A DNA stretch of 64,000 bases. Origin: Raillietiella orientalis. Lineage: Eukaryota. The notes beneath the pieces were generated by a model that was given only the letters and a program-made list of their open reading frames with translations, searched no databases and had not been told where the DNA came from. Of the stretch, positions 12,201-25,299 are shown in pieces (positions within the stretch are counted from its first letter, which is position 1; every line of letters starts with the position of its first letter). Location of the stretch: positions 496,001 to 560,000 of the forward strand of contig JAYWIR010000027.1 of the NCBI GenBank assembly GCA_036172245.1, written 5' to 3'. The translations under genes were made by a program, and so were the position numbers.

Positions 12201-15200
12201 GCTGTCTTCAGCGCTTCTGCACCAGGGAGACACTGCCATCCAGCCGAAGCGGCGGTTCTTTACGCGTAGCGGCCTTTCAGCAGGCGCGGTCATTGCAGCG
12301 ATGTGCTGCTTCCGCAGCGTCGTCATGGACCACCACTTGTTGTAACAGCAGGAGAGAGACAAACGTCACCAGGATCGCAGCCACCGAAACATGAGTGCCG
12401 AAACTACGTGTCGGGAAGCCTCCACGTGAACTCGTCTCTTAGTCTGGGAGGCCCCTTTCAAGATGATTTGTGGACTTAATTTGCATACACCACCCGGCGC
12501 AAGCGCGTGATGAATGAATTCAGATCTGGAATCATAAATATGCTCGTAACTGATCATCATTCGCTCAGCAATCGCTGCTGTTGCTGATTCTTCCTTGTCA
12601 GCAGAAAATCGTTGAAGGCCGCTTCGTGAGCTCCCAGCCGACCACTCCACTCATTCGTCACCACGATGCGCTTTCAGTTCCTGAACAACGACTTGAATGT
12701 TTTCCCCTAATCACCGACGAGCAATCCCACAGTGACCGAAGAGACTGTGGAGATCTCTTGGTCCACCTCCGGTTCCCATGATTCACAACTTTCTCTCCAG
12801 TGCATATCCCAAGAAATCAACTTGATCCGAAGTGCTTCTTATTTTGCAACAAGTTCCATCACTAAGAAACAACACCGCACATCTCCCTATCCTTGTTTCT
12901 CTGAGGGCCAGTATGCACCGCATCACCTTTCGATCCCCAACTTTGCACACCCCTTGCGAGACATTCCTGCACACAAATTGAGAATGGTTTCCACAGCCCA
13001 CACTTATCTTAGCCGCTTGCACCCACAAGTGCTTCATGACCTTTTTTCTTCACCTTCAAAACTTGCCGACCTTTATTTGGAATTTTTGTTCCACTCCGAG
13101 TAGATTTTCGTACAAGGTTCTTAACAGGCTCAACATGAACGTTATTCCATGTCCTCGAATTGGCTCTTCCGTAAATCGGCCTTTCTTCAGTGAAAACTTC
13201 AAACGACATTCTCTCCGAGGGAAGATTTCTCATAAGAAGAGATTGGAACAAGGATGAATGCCTTCGTGGAATCCGGGTTTGTCACATAAACGTGAAAGGT
13301 CTTCCTGCTCTTCCCTAAAGGGAAATGCCGGCTCCTCCAAAGAAGCAGCGTTGTATTGGTCCGGCAGATCCTCGGCTGATCGCCGTGTCGCTGGCTCGTC
13401 AGGGTATCGTCATGGCTCATCTCCTTGTCTTCTTCGCCAGATCGTGTTGTCGTTGCGTGACGGTTGATTTCTACGGCGTCGTCTCGATCTTCGGGTCTTC
13501 GGTCCATCTCCCGATCGTTGGCCGATCACCGTGGCGACGGCTCGTCACCTTCGGCTCATCGGATGATTGTCGAGTCGGCTTTTCTGGCCTGTTCGGGTCT
13601 TCGGCTCATCTTGGCTGATCCTTGTAACGTCTGCTGATCTGGTGTGTCGTTGGCGCATCTTGGGGGTGTTGGCTGATCGCCGTCTCGATGTCTGATTACT
13701 GCATGGTCAGTTCATCTTCGCGCGACTGCCTGATCGTCGTGTGGTCGGCGCAATTTCATGTATTTGGCTCACCTCCAGGTCGATGGCTGGCTCGCCTGCG
13801 GCGCTTCCTGGCAGCTCGATCAAACGTCACGGATTTGTGGGGGCTGAGCGGACGGACCGTCCAAACGTTCTAGCACTGCCGCTGACCTTGCCCTCCGTCG
13901 ATGTCGGCTCCGATCTCCGTCTGCCGCTCCTAAAACGCTCTCTCCCATTCCCGTTTCCCCGACCGATACTCGTTCATGTGTGCTCCTCCGGTTCAGCTAC
14001 CCAGCTGGTCCCGGTCCTCGTCTTCTCGTATCGCTGCTGTCTGCCCTCGAGGGCGTGGTCTCAGAAAAAGGGTGCGAGTCATCCGGTAGCCGGGGGACGC
14101 CCGTCCCCGCGGCCCGGACGACAAGCCAACGCGATCGGGGGACGCCCGTCCCCACAAAACGGAACATTCAAAAGCCAAGGGACGCCCGTCCCAGGCATCG
14201 CAAAAGCAAATTTTTTTTTTTTTACGTTATCGCGCGTGTTTCTCAGCGACGCGAGTTCTAATGCGTCTGTACAGACACTCTCGTTCCGAATTCTTTTCCA
14301 GCAATGTTTCCTTGACAACCGGCCTGGGAGGATGACCAGCCACCGTCTTCTGCGCATGCCTTTACGCGCCCGGGCCTGCCCCCGTCCGCGGTGAGGCAGG
14401 TGAGTGCGCAAGGCATGCGTTCGCATCGCCTGCCGAGGTCCAACTCGGTCCACGCATAGGAGCGCGCAAGCAGCTTCCTAACTTGTTCTCTGAGCGCTGG
14501 CTCTGACGAGGCTCTGCCTGCAGTGTCCAGAGCTGCGTAAATTCTGAACGCGGACGCCGGGACGCCTTCGAATGGGACAACTCTTCGTTGCTGCTCCTCT
14601 TAAAGATGCCGCGCCTCGCTCTTCAGCCGACTCGATGACGGTCAGGCAAGGACACACTCATGTGGAGAAGAAACGAAGATGGCTTCATACGTTGATGTCA
14701 CGAGACGACGAGATGTGTGACCAGTGTGTCGCCTCTGAGCCTGCTTGTCCCTTTGAAGGTGGCCCCGAGGGAGAAGTGAAGCGTGGCCTTGCTCAGCCAA
14801 GGACTTTCCGTGGAGCTCTGAGAGGCCGCGGAGCACGTACGGGTGCTCGGCGTGTTCGATGGTGCCCCCAAGCCAGTGGGCTTGGGGGCTGCTTGTCGAG
14901 GGTGCGAAGTCAGCGCCGCGGTGCCGTGCCGCATTTCGGCAGCCTCGGATCGTCGTCGCCGTTGGCTTTGGATGATGCTCTGGCGAATGTCGAAAGTCAT
15001 CCTGTCGGATGATGAGTCGACGATGGCGACGTCTTGTCCCGATGCGGTTGCTTCATCTTGGACTTGAAAAGAGGGTAGCCACTATCGGTCAGAGAGCCAC
15101 GGAGGGGTCGTGGAACACTCGGGTAAAGAGCAAACGCCATAGGCTGACTGCACCAGTTCGAACCTGACGCGCGTGCCGAGAGCTAGCAGCCTTTTTTGCT

Positions 15201-15216
15201 GATGGACGCAGTGCGG

Positions 15217-16250
15217 ATACCGAAGTAGATCTCGGAGAGCCGATCCTTCATATGGATTCTTTGCTGGTGTGAATCGAACTCTGCGATCACCCCACAGATT
15301 GAGCAACCCTATCATACGTGGGAAAACCACTAAAGATTGAAAACATCTAGAGATCCAACTCCAGAATGTCGCTATTCCGAACACAGAAGCATACAAATAC
15401 TTGGGAGAACCGTTTGGGATGGAGATTTTGATTAACAACCGACCAAAGAAGTGATCTTCGAACAAGCGGAACAAATTTTATTATCTGGACTGCCACTTTG
15501 TCTTAAGTTGGGTGCGCTTAAAGTTATCGTTTTTCCCTTGCTTCATCGAATTTGAGAGAGTTGGAACGCATTCAGAATCTGAATAGAGGTTCCTAGAGAG
15601 CAAGGGAGAACGTCTAGTGAACGAAATATTGCACCTTTCATCGACTGCCGCAAATGAATACATATATGGTGACAGCAAAAAGGGCTGCCTTGGGCTAATG
15701 AGGCTAACCCATGAAGCTGATACCTTCATCATGGATAGTTGCTTCCAGCTTTTAACCTCTGCAGTTGAAAAATATGAGGCATCTCGCCAGAGAATCTCTA
15801 CGTGAAATGAAATAAGAAAATACTGCAATCACTCACAGACGAAGAAGCCGGAGAATTCCTTTCCGTAGAAGCCGACGGGAAGTTTGCAAGAAGCAGCAGG
15901 GATATGAGAAGTTCATGGACGGCTGCCAGTCAAGATTCTAGAAGCACCATGGCGACATGAGAGTTCGACGAAGGTGAACGGAAAATCAGAATACATGTGT
16001 TGGTGCTGGAGAGCTCCGTGAGGAAGAAATTCCCAGAGAGCGTGCGTTCAATCGAACGCGAGAAAATGCGGCCTTCCCTAGTGAAAAAAAAATCGCATGG
16101 ACCAAGGAAAAGCCGTTCGCTGCATTGGACCATACCGGTATTCCAGCCACTTCCTAACTCCAGTGACCATCTCAGGTTCCTCGGATTATCGTTTCATCCA
16201 TGCCACAAAAATCAATGTCCCACCAATTAGAGGAGCAGCATGAAGACTGC
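15217..16250 (+). pseudogene. Utopia/NeSL-like RLE non-LTR retrotransposon remnant, RT C-terminal and thumb region
   Basis: EAYKYLGEPFG; ORF 15617..15805 ANEYIYGDSKKGCLGLMRLTHEADTFIMDSCFQLLTS matches the ASNEYLYG...GxxG...DSAFKLLTS pattern of Utopia-type ORFs. Confidence 0.75.
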
Positions 16251-16919
16251 CAGCCGATCGCTCATGCCGAAGGTGAAACTTCCGGGGTGAAACTGCCGCG
16301 CAAGTTGAACGCATGCGTGATGCATTTCCCGATGTGCATCGCTAGGCATATTGCAATCGTGGTGAGCCTACAAGCAGTTGCCACGAAGCTCATATGTGCG
16401 AACCAACTGGCCCCGGAGTGCATTCCCCGCAAAAACCGGATATCATACTCAAAAAACAAGGAAAGTGGATCATCGTGGACGTTCCTTGCCCACTGAAGGC
16501 AAGGAGGAAAATGCGTCAGCCAAAGCACTCCAGGCAAAAGAAGGAAAATACGGAAATCTGATCCACATGATAAACCAGACCTGCCGGACAGCTATCATGC
16601 AGGTGGTCAACATGGGGGCATGACACGTCCGAGTCCCCAAAATGATGCTTTGCTATGAATATTGGGAATCAACGGAGAAACGCCAAAAAACTCGCTAAAT
16701 TGGCCGTATCTCGCTGCATAATTCCATCAGCGACATCTACTGGACGCATAGACTGGGGCACTTACCGGACGATACAAACGACCCCATCGACTACATCATG
16801 GAAACAGAACAGTCCTCCAGCGAATCTGCAGTAAACCAAGTAATTGATAATCCATCAACAAGAAAAAGCAGGAAGAGCAGGCAGAGCCAGCGAGAATAGT
16901 ACGGGGAATGAACACCTAC

Positions 16920-17460
16920 TAATTCAATAAACAAATCGGACGTCCATGGTCTCCACGGTGTGTCCAAGCTACTTTATCCCGATACATCCTCCTTCTTTGG
17001 TACGGCACAAAGGTTTTAGGTTGACCCGTGCTTTTTAGAGTCTTTACAAAGTCCTGATCTGTAGCTTTTCCACTTCTTACCGCTAGTCCTTGTTCACTCT
17101 GCAGAAGGCTGCTCCCGAGAGTACCTTTGGAAGTAGGATGCCATTCCGAAGGTCGGTCCTCTGCTTCCTGTTGAAGTCCACCCGACTGTACTTTGCTGCT
17201 TCTTCCCTGATTTTCCTTGGAATGTCCATGCACAGCAGCTTTGACGCCCAAGCCTCGCCGAAGTGGACTTCCAGGTACTTAACAGTGTTTACCGTTCGGA
17301 ATCCTTTCTCTGTGAACGCGCAGAGATCCAGCATTCCGACGAGCAAGAGTTCGCTTTTTGGAGAGTCGATTTTAAAGCCCTAACCGTCTTCCATGAACTG
17401 CATCACATCCTTGATGAAGAAGGATTCACTTCAGGATGAAGTGCTCATGACGTAGTTTTT
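16920..17460 (-). pseudogene. L1/Tx1-like RT C-terminal fragment nested antisense in the Utopia-like remnant
   Basis: GFKIDSPKS (GxKINxxKS-like), VKYLEVHFG, RNGILLPKVL (ORF 17083..17346). Confidence 0.6.
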
Positions 17461-17559
17461 CACGTAGCTGAGCCACTTGCTCGGCCATCTGCAGGCTTTC
17501 CGGTGTCATTAGGGTGGGCTCTACTACCTGATCTGTTCTCTGGGTTTCTCTCCTTGAAT

Positions 17560-18130
17560 GTGCCCCAAAGCTGCTGCTCATGCGGGCTCACCCTCCAGAC
17601 CAGGATGTCGGCGCTGCTGGACAGAAGACGGAACGTTGTCTCACATACTAAACGAAACACATGCAACATACGCGTTACTCTGCTCATATAACGCCACAAC
17701 GTAATTCAAGAGATGATCAGAAAGGCAGCAGTAGATGAAGCGAAATGGACCTTTGTGTGTAGTAACCACAGAGTTCCAAGAACGAATTCCCATCAAAAAT
17801 CGGATCCCGTGATGGAAAAAGGAAGCCGGGCATTAGTGCTGGATATCTTCTGCATATACAAAAATCAAAGAGGGGCATTCAGTATAGTCAGAAGAAGCAA
17901 AAAACGAAATACCAGGATCTGGTCTCAAAGCTGGGCGGAGAGGGAGAGCAACGCAAAGTACATGCGCTTATAGTTGATCCTCAGGGAGATGAGATCCAGG
18001 AAATAAAGAAGTTCCGCAACGATCAGGAATTCTAAAGAAGAAATCGGCGGAAATGGGACACCAGATGATGACTTCGCTTGACGGGTACTGAAGAAATATC
18101 CATGCAGTTTATGTCGCACGAAAAGCCGAA
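17560..18130 (+). pseudogene. Restriction-like endonuclease (RLE) end of the Utopia-like element
   Basis: RHNVIQEMIRKAA...SDPVMEKGSRALVLDIFCIYKNQRGAF...KYQDL follows the RHN / PD..D / K..KY arrangement of RLE domains (ORF 17713..17973). Confidence 0.75.
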
Positions 18131-18399
18131 AACCAGCCCCAGAACTCCAACAGTCTGCTCTTGCCATACGGAGAACAGAAAGCGATGGAAGTGAAATGAC
18201 GATGGAAGATGAGTGTCCCAGACAAACAAAGGAGAAACTGGAAAAACTTTTTAGAGTCCCTGCAGTAACCATACCTCCCTGAAGAAGCAGGGATCTTGGC
18301 TGCATTCTGCACCGGTTCTAAGCCAAGCAAACAGCCGAAATCGAAAAAAACTATGCCTTCCCTCCAATTTCTTCCTTTGTATTTTTATTCTATGATATT

Positions 18400-19270
18400 T
18401 GTGATTTCATCCATCGCTCTATCCACAGAAGGGAAAGCTGAGAAAAAGGTGAGGAAATCAGAAAAAAGAGCACGTGGAGCACACATACGCAAGACCTACG
18501 GCAACGGTTTATCCAGTGCATCTGCACGACTGCCTCTCTGAGAGCACAAAAACCGCATGGGCCCTCCCGCACTGCGTCCATCAGCAAAAAAGGCTGCTAG
18601 CTCTCGGCACGCGCGTCAGGTTCGAACTGGTGCAGTCAGCCTATGGCGTTTGCTCTTTACCCGAGTGTTCCACGACCCCTCCGTGGCTCTCTGACCGATA
18701 GTGGCTACCCTCTTTTCAAGTCCAAGATGAAGCAACCGCATCGGGACAAGACGTCGCCATCGTCGACTCATCATCCGACAGGATGACTTTCGACATTCGC
18801 CAGAGCATCATCCAAAGCCAACGGCGACGACGATCCGAGGCTGCCGAAATGCGGCACGGCACCGCGGCGCTGACTTCGCACCCTCGACAAGCAGCCCCCA
18901 AGCCCACTGGCTTGGGGGCACCATCGAACACGCCGAGCACCCGTACGTGCTCCGCGGCCTCTCAGAGCTCCACGGAAAGTCCTTGGCTGAGCAAGGCCAC
19001 GCTTCACTTCTCCCTCGGGGCCACCTTCACAGGGACAAGCAGGCTCAGAGGCGACACACTGGTCACACATCTCGTCGTCTCGTGACATCAACGTATGAAG
19101 CCATCTTCGTTTCTTCTCCACATGAGTGTCCTTTGACCGTCATCAGGAGTCGGCTGAAGAGCGAGGCGCGGCATCTTTAAGAGGAGCAGCAACGAAGTTG
19201 TCCCATTCGAAGGCGTCAGCGTCCGCGTTCAGGGTACGCAGCTCACGGACACTGCAGGCCAGAGCCTCGT
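18400..19270 (-). pseudogene. Decayed L1/Tx1-like RT plus C-terminal Cys motif (array copies on + at ~3600-4327, 9060-9785, 14520-15216)
   Basis: In the array copy: TVRQG (GVRQG-like), MASYVDVT (AYADDVT-like), VRVLGVF (domain 7-like). ORF 18390..18587 has GPCGFCALREAVVQMHWINRC, resembling the CxxC..E..H...C knuckle. Confidence 0.6.
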
Positions 19271-20519
19271 CAGAGCCAGCGCTCAGAGAACAAGTTAGGA
19301 AGCTGCTTGCGCGCTCTATCCGTGGACCAGGTGGACCTCGGCAGGCGATGCGAACGCATTGCCTTGCACTCACCTGCCTCGCGGACGGGGAGACGGGCCC
19401 GGGCGCGTAGAGGCATGCGCCATCAACGATGGCTGGTCATCCTCCTTCTTGAGTTCATCAGGAAACATTGCTGGAAAAGAATTCGGCACGAGAGTGTCTG
19501 TACAGACGCATTAGAACTCGCGTCGCTGAGAAACACGCGCGATAACGTAAAAAAAAAAAAATTTGCTTTTGCGATGCCTGGGACGGGCGTCCCTTGGCTT
19601 TTGAATGTTCCTTTTTGTGGGGACGGGCGTCCCCCGATCGCGGTGGCTTGTCGTCCGGGCCGCGGGGACGGGCGTCCCCCGGCTACCGGATGACTCGCAC
19701 CCTTTTTCTGAGACCACGCCCTCGAGGGCAGACAGCAGCGATACGAGAAGACGAGGACCGGGACCAGCTGGGTAGCTGAACCGGAGGAGCACACATGAAC
19801 GAGTATCGGTCGGGGAAACGGGAATGGGAGAGAGCGTTTTAGGAGCGGCAGACGGAGATCGGAGCCGACATCGACGGAGGGCAAGGTCAGCGGCAGTGCT
19901 AGAACGTTTGGACGGTCCGTCCGCTCAGCCCCCACAAATCCGTGACGTTTGATCGAGCTGCCAGGAAGCGCCGCAGGCGAGCCAGCCATCGACCTGGAGG
20001 TGAGCCAAATACATGAAATTGCGCCGACCACACGACGATCAGGCCGTCGCGCGAAGATGAACTGACCATGCAGTAATCAGACATCGAGACGGCGATCAGC
20101 CAACACCCCCAAGATGCGCCAACGACACACCAGATCAGCAGACGTTACAAGGATCAGCCAAGATGAGCCGAAGACCCGAACAGGCCAGAAAAGCCGACTC
20201 GACAATCATCCGATGAGCCGAAGGTGACGAGCCGTCGCCACGGTGATCGGCCAACGATCGGGAGATGGACCGAAGACCCGAAGATCGAGACGACGCCGTA
20301 GAAATCAACCGTCACGCAACGACAACACGATCTGGCGAAGAAGACAAGGAGATGAGCCATGACGATACCCTGACGAGCCAGCGACACGGCGATCAGCCGA
20401 GGATCTGCCGGACCAATACAACGCTGCTTCTTTGGAGGAGCCGGCATTTCCCTTTAGGGAAGAGCAGGAAGACCTTTCACGTTTATGTGACAAACCCGGA
20501 TTCCACGAAGGCATTCATC

Positions 20520-21350
20520 CTTGTTCCAATCTCTTCTTATGAGAAATCTTCCCTCGGAGAGAATGTCGTTTGAAGTTTTCACTGAAGAAAGGCCGATTTA
20601 CGGAAGAGCCAATTCGAGGACCTGGAATAACGTTCATGTTGAGCCTGTTAAGAACCTTGTACGAAAATCTACTCGGAGTGGAACAAAAATTCCAAATAAA
20701 GGTCGGCAAGTTTTGAAGGTGAAGAAAAAAGGTCATGAAGCACTTGTGGGTGCAAGCGGCTAAGATAAGTGTGGGCTGTGGAAACCATTCTCAATTTGTG
20801 TGCAGGAATGTCTCGCAAGGGGTGTGCAAAGTTGGGGATCGAAAGGTGATGCGGTGCATACTGGCCCTCAGAGAAACAAGGATAGGGAGATGTGCGGTGT
20901 TGTTTCTTAGTGATGGAACTTGTTGCAAAATAAGAAGCACTTCGGATCAAGTTGATTTCTTGGGATATGCACTGGAGAGAAAGTTGTGAATCATGGGAAC
21001 CGGAGGTGGACCAAGAGATCTCCACAGTCTCTTCGGTCACTGTGGGATTGCTCGTCGGTGATTAGGGGAAAACATTCAAGTCGTTGTTCAGGAACTGAAA
21101 GCGCATCGTGGTGACGAATGAGTGGAGTGGTCGGCTGGGAGCTCACGAAGCGGCCTTCAACGATTTTCTGCTGACAAGGAAGAATCAGCAACAGCAGCGA
21201 TTGCTGAGCGAATGATGATCAGTTACGAGCATATTTATGATTCCAGATCTGAATTCATTCATCACGCGCTTGCGCCGGGTGGTGTATGCAAATTAAGTCC
21301 ACAAATCATCTTGAAAGGGGCCTCCCAGACTAAGAGACGAGTTCACGTGG
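20520..21350 (+). pseudogene. Decayed APE-type endonuclease of a non-LTR element (minus strand in array copies)
   Basis: Frameshifted motifs in order: RTWNNV (GTWNV-like), ICVQE (CxQET-like), NQQQQRLL (NxNGxRLL-like). Many stops. Confidence 0.4.
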
Positions 21351-21419
21351 AGGCTTCCCGACACGTAGTTTCGGCACTCATGTTTCGGTGGCTGCGATCC
21401 TGGTGACGTTTGTCTCTCT

Positions 21420-22550
21420 CCTGCTGTTACAACAAGTGGTGGTCCATGACGACGCTGCGGAAGCAGCACATCGCTGCAATGACCGCGCCTGCTGAAAGGC
21501 CGCTACGCGTAAAGAACCGCCGCTTCGGCTGGATGGCAGTGTCTCCCTGGTGCAGAAGCGCTGAAGACAGCGTCCGCCACAGTGCATTGAGCACCCCGCA
21601 GTCGATGAGCAGGTGCGGGAGCGATTGCACCGTTCCGCTCCTTCTGCAGTTCGGGAAGGCAACTCCTTCTGAAACTAGTTCGCGCGCTGACTGCGATGGA
21701 AAGTCTAACGAAACATCAGATGATAAGCTTCCCAGATGAGGGGACAAAGAGGTGTGTGGACAAGTACGTGGGAGCGATCACAAGTTCTTTAGGGGTCGCT
21801 TTCAACAGCCCGCTCCACCGAAGCAGTCCCTTCGCACAGCTCCGAGAAGTGGCACTGAGACTGTCTGTCAGCTCACTCGTCTTCCAGTCGCTAAACGGTT
21901 TCGTTTCTCAAGCATGCGTCCAGGAGACCGTCCACCCTGCAGGTAGGCAACTGTCATCGCTCGCATGCATAGCAGACAGCGCTGCTGCAAGGGGCGTGGC
22001 CGCCAGAAGAATCCATTTTTCCTGGTCCTGCTCGGTATCCGTGCCGCAGACCCGGATGGGCCCCCTGTGACATGAACAGCAGCATCCTCTTGCAGAAGTA
22101 GCAGGACTCGGCAACTCTGCTGTTGCGCTTGGGTCTTCCCTGCAACGCACGCCGACACCACTAAACGCTGGCAAGGGTGAGATCGGAATGTCGCTTCTAG
22201 CTGTGCGGGGAGCGCGAATCCCTCCATCATCTGCTAGTGAACTGTGCAGCCTTCCAGCGGCTACGGGAACGTTTCGCAATGATCCTTCGGATTCCTTTTG
22301 GCACCAATCCCCCCCTCCAGGAACGTTGTTTGACTTCTCTTTGTGTGGGACGCCCTGCTCCCAGCCGCAGCACCAGCAGCGCTCTTCTGCATCCGCGGAA
22401 TTCTGGTGGTTTGGAGCGAGGACGACAGAGGAAGAATTGAGAGGCCCGCTATCGAGTTCGCAGCTCGCTTTCTGCAGACACCGGCTACATGACCCCACCT
22501 TAGACCTATCCGGCATCCAGCAAAGGATCCAGACTCTCTTAAGTGAACAG
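21420..22550 (-). pseudogene. Decayed 3' part of L1/Tx1-like element, local family A (array copies ~5770-6890 and ~11220-12350)
   Basis: LLAATPLAAALSAMHASDDSCLPAGW is homologous to VAVSPLAAALSALRANNDSSRLAGW in ORF 28633..29364. Confidence 0.75.
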
Positions 22551-22899
22551 TGATCTCCGACGCGACCACCAGATAGTTCTCCTTTGTGTTTAGTTGTTCT
22601 TTTCTTTTCTTTTTGGTTTTGTTATTCCCCCATGCCGCTTCTGAGATGAGCCCATCGGTCTGCGCACCTGCGAGCTGGCGGTTTCTCTGTAGAAGCGTCT
22701 GAAGGGAGGGAGAGAGCCCCACCACGGAAGCTATGAGTTTGTTGCTTCCGATGGAAGCCCTGGCAGCACCGAATCCAGCCACGTGCGCACGCATGTTTCC
22801 TTCGCTCCGCTGGTGGCGGTCATTCAGACACTCTGTTCTGTGTATTTTTTTGTAATGCATCACCGGTGTTCATATGGAAGAAATGTTCTAGTGGAAAAA

Positions 22900-24190
22900 C
22901 AATCTGGCCGAGGGGCACTCGGAGAAGGTAAGAATGGTGGCGGTTTGTCTTACCACCGTCGGAGCCAAAGGTGCGTGGTGGTTGAGGACAGGCGTGGGCC
23001 CTGGAGCTTGGTGGGCGCCCGTCCAACGCTTCGAAAGGAAGGAAGTACACCTCCCTCTCTCACGTTGAAGATGGAAGCGTGGCCATGGTCTTCCTAGCGC
23101 GCGCACCATCCATTTTGCGACGGATGGGTGCCTGGCCTCCGCTTCTGGCATCCTCAAGTCGCCCCCTCCGACTGACCGCAACTCGTTGCACTTTTCGCAA
23201 AAGCAGCAGCTGAAGTAGCTCATCGGCGCGCCCGGCTCGAAGACGACCTCATCTTGCGCAGACGCATCCCAGGACTCGATGGTCGCTGGACGCCCAAGAG
23301 CTTCCCCCGAGAAAAACCAGCGTCCTAACGAGGCCGACGCTTCTTTGCCACCGGCGGCAGAAACCACCTCCGTCGTCCCGTTCTCCACTTCTTTCCCGAC
23401 GGGTGGTTGTCTGCTGATCCAGGCCCGCCTCATCGACAGCCGCCTGCTCACGTGAGCGAACACGCCGAGCACCCGTACCCTCGCGCCCTCCGCCTTCCCG
23501 GATCAGATGATCTTTCGCTCTCTGAATTGGCACTGAATTCCCGCAAGATCCTTCCTCACATCCTTCAGATGAGGCCAATAGAAGCCGTCCTCATGTTGAA
23601 GGCTGTCATGGACACAGACTGATGGAGCAAGACGCACGCGGGCGGCAAGCGAAAATTCGGTCGCTTAAATCGTAGGATGCCAGGACACGGGCCGGAGACG
23701 GTCCGACCTTCTGACTCCAATGAGTCCCGCAGAACGCGAGTTGGTGCACTCCTTCTGCCGCTTCCGTACGCAGAGCGCTCAAAAGCAGTCGCCAACGCGG
23801 CTCGATTACCGCACACTGTTACCAGGCGGCGGCCATGCGGTGGACGAGAATGAAGTGAGCTCCTCGTAACGGTGTCGACAGACAGGAATTCACATCCTCG
23901 ACTGGTCTCAGCTCTACTCAGACGCCGCTTTGCTGCGTAGCAGCGAGGAGGAAGAACTGCGACGCAACTGAGCATAGCGCATTTGTCTCTGGGAGCTTCT
24001 GATTTTGCACAAACCTCCAGCCAGCGCCACGTGCTCCATGCGTGTCTGCGTCGCAGACACGATGTCAGGCAGTTCCTTACGTCTCTCATCGGCCACATCG
24101 CCGTAATCGAGTGGAGAGCGTCGGCGTGCAGCTTTCCGCGAGCTCAACACCGTGGAGGAACCGCCGCCAGCGATTGGCTGCGACGAAGCC
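22900..24190 (-). pseudogene. Decayed L1/Tx1-like RT crossing the unit boundary at 23997 (array copies lack its N-terminal part)
   Basis: DYGDVADERRKELPDIVSATQT (ORF 23914..24192; LAxRLKxxLPxIVSxxQT-like), then LSVDTV, GVRRSDRLRP (GVRQGDPLSP-like) and RVLGVF inside the unit. Confidence 0.6.
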
Positions 24191-24429
24191 AACTTCCGGT
24201 GAGGTCTTCCGACAACACGCTTCTATGCATCCCAATCCAAGAATTAAAGAGTTGTTGCTTTTTCTCTTCGTGAGGGTGTTCCGCTGTCGAAACCCCGGGT
24301 CAGCACAAGGCTGCGTATTACACACTCGGGAGTTACCTCAAAAAGGCAAGGAGAGCCTGAAGGTTTCATCCAGAATGCCGTTTTCGATTTATACGGAGAT
24401 GGCTGCGTATGCCCTCGCAACTCGTTTCA

Positions 24430-24990
24430 TCACTTAGAACGTTTGTCTATCTAGCAGCCCCGTTTCTCTATCTTTATCCATATCTCTCCGGAATGCTGGC
24501 GCAACCTTCGTATTTGGCCATCGACTACTACTTCCATGCTTCTTTCGTGTCGAGTCCTCGCCACACCGTCCCCTCCGCAGACAAGCAACCGCTTTCGAGT
24601 CCCAGGTCAGTTTCCTCAAGATCTTCAGCAGCATCCCATGGTCCACGGTATCAAACGTCTTCTCCAGTTCCGTGCAGCCCAGCACCAGGTGTTCTCGAAT
24701 GTATCGACTCTAACCTATGGTGTTCTGAACACTTCCCGTTGTCAGACATGCTGCGTCCGGGCACCGCGCAAGTGTGCTTTGGAGAAATGACAGATGAGAG
24801 TGTCTCGTTCAATCGGTTGGCCCAAATCTTGGCCAACTTTGCATCTGTGTTCAAGATGAAGATAGGCCGCCATTTGGTGACCTTGGTTAGGTCTCCTCCT
24901 TTTGACTGCAGTCTCATCCTGCTTTGGTGGAACGACTCGGGGAGCCGTCGTTCTTCGTGCATGCGAAGCACCAGCTCGTGAAGCAACCGC
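24430..24990 (-). pseudogene. L1/Tx1-like RT N-terminal domains (0-3)
   Basis: KGGDLTKVTKWRPIFILNTDAK..ANRLNETLSSVISPKHTCAVPGRSMSDN and LEKTFDTVDHGMLLKIL (ORFs 24651..24986 and 24434..24685). Confidence 0.85.
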
Positions 24991-25299
24991 AGGTAGGTGT
25001 GCAGGTACCGTGATAGTGCGAGATGGCCTCCTCATGCACAACTCGATGTGACCCGCAGCTTTCCTTGCAGCTTAGCGCTGTCTTCGTGGGATTTCAGCTG
25101 CAAGAGGCCTCGCCTAGTGACACCTGTCTAACAATGAGGTCATTGCAATCGGCCGGTGATTCATGAGGACTGCGGCAGGATGGCTACATCTCCGCAAGCA
25201 AAAAGAGCAAGTTATCACATCCCTCAGGGCATGCAGAGAATGCCGATTGGAAATCTGTAATTGATTGCTTTCGTCCTCTATCAAACACTATGAATCTTA

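Larger units (their letters stand above)
1671..15216 (+). repeat. Head-to-tail tandem array of a ~5.46-kb unit (partial 1671-4327, full 4328-9785, near-full 9786-15216)
   Basis: GTCAGCAGAAAATCGTTGAAGG recurs at 1671, 7133 and 12597 (periods 5462 and 5464). Identical ORF translations repeat (e.g. 1806/7268/12732). Similarity stops after ...CGCAGTGCGG at 15216. Confidence 0.97.
18530..23997 (-). repeat. Single inverted copy of the 5.46-kb unit (native-context copy)
   Basis: Reverse complement of the unit from CTGCCTCTCTGAGAGC (18530) to TCTCTGGGAGCT (23997); mirrored ORFs (e.g. 20669..21040 minus = 1806..2177 plus). Confidence 0.96.
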
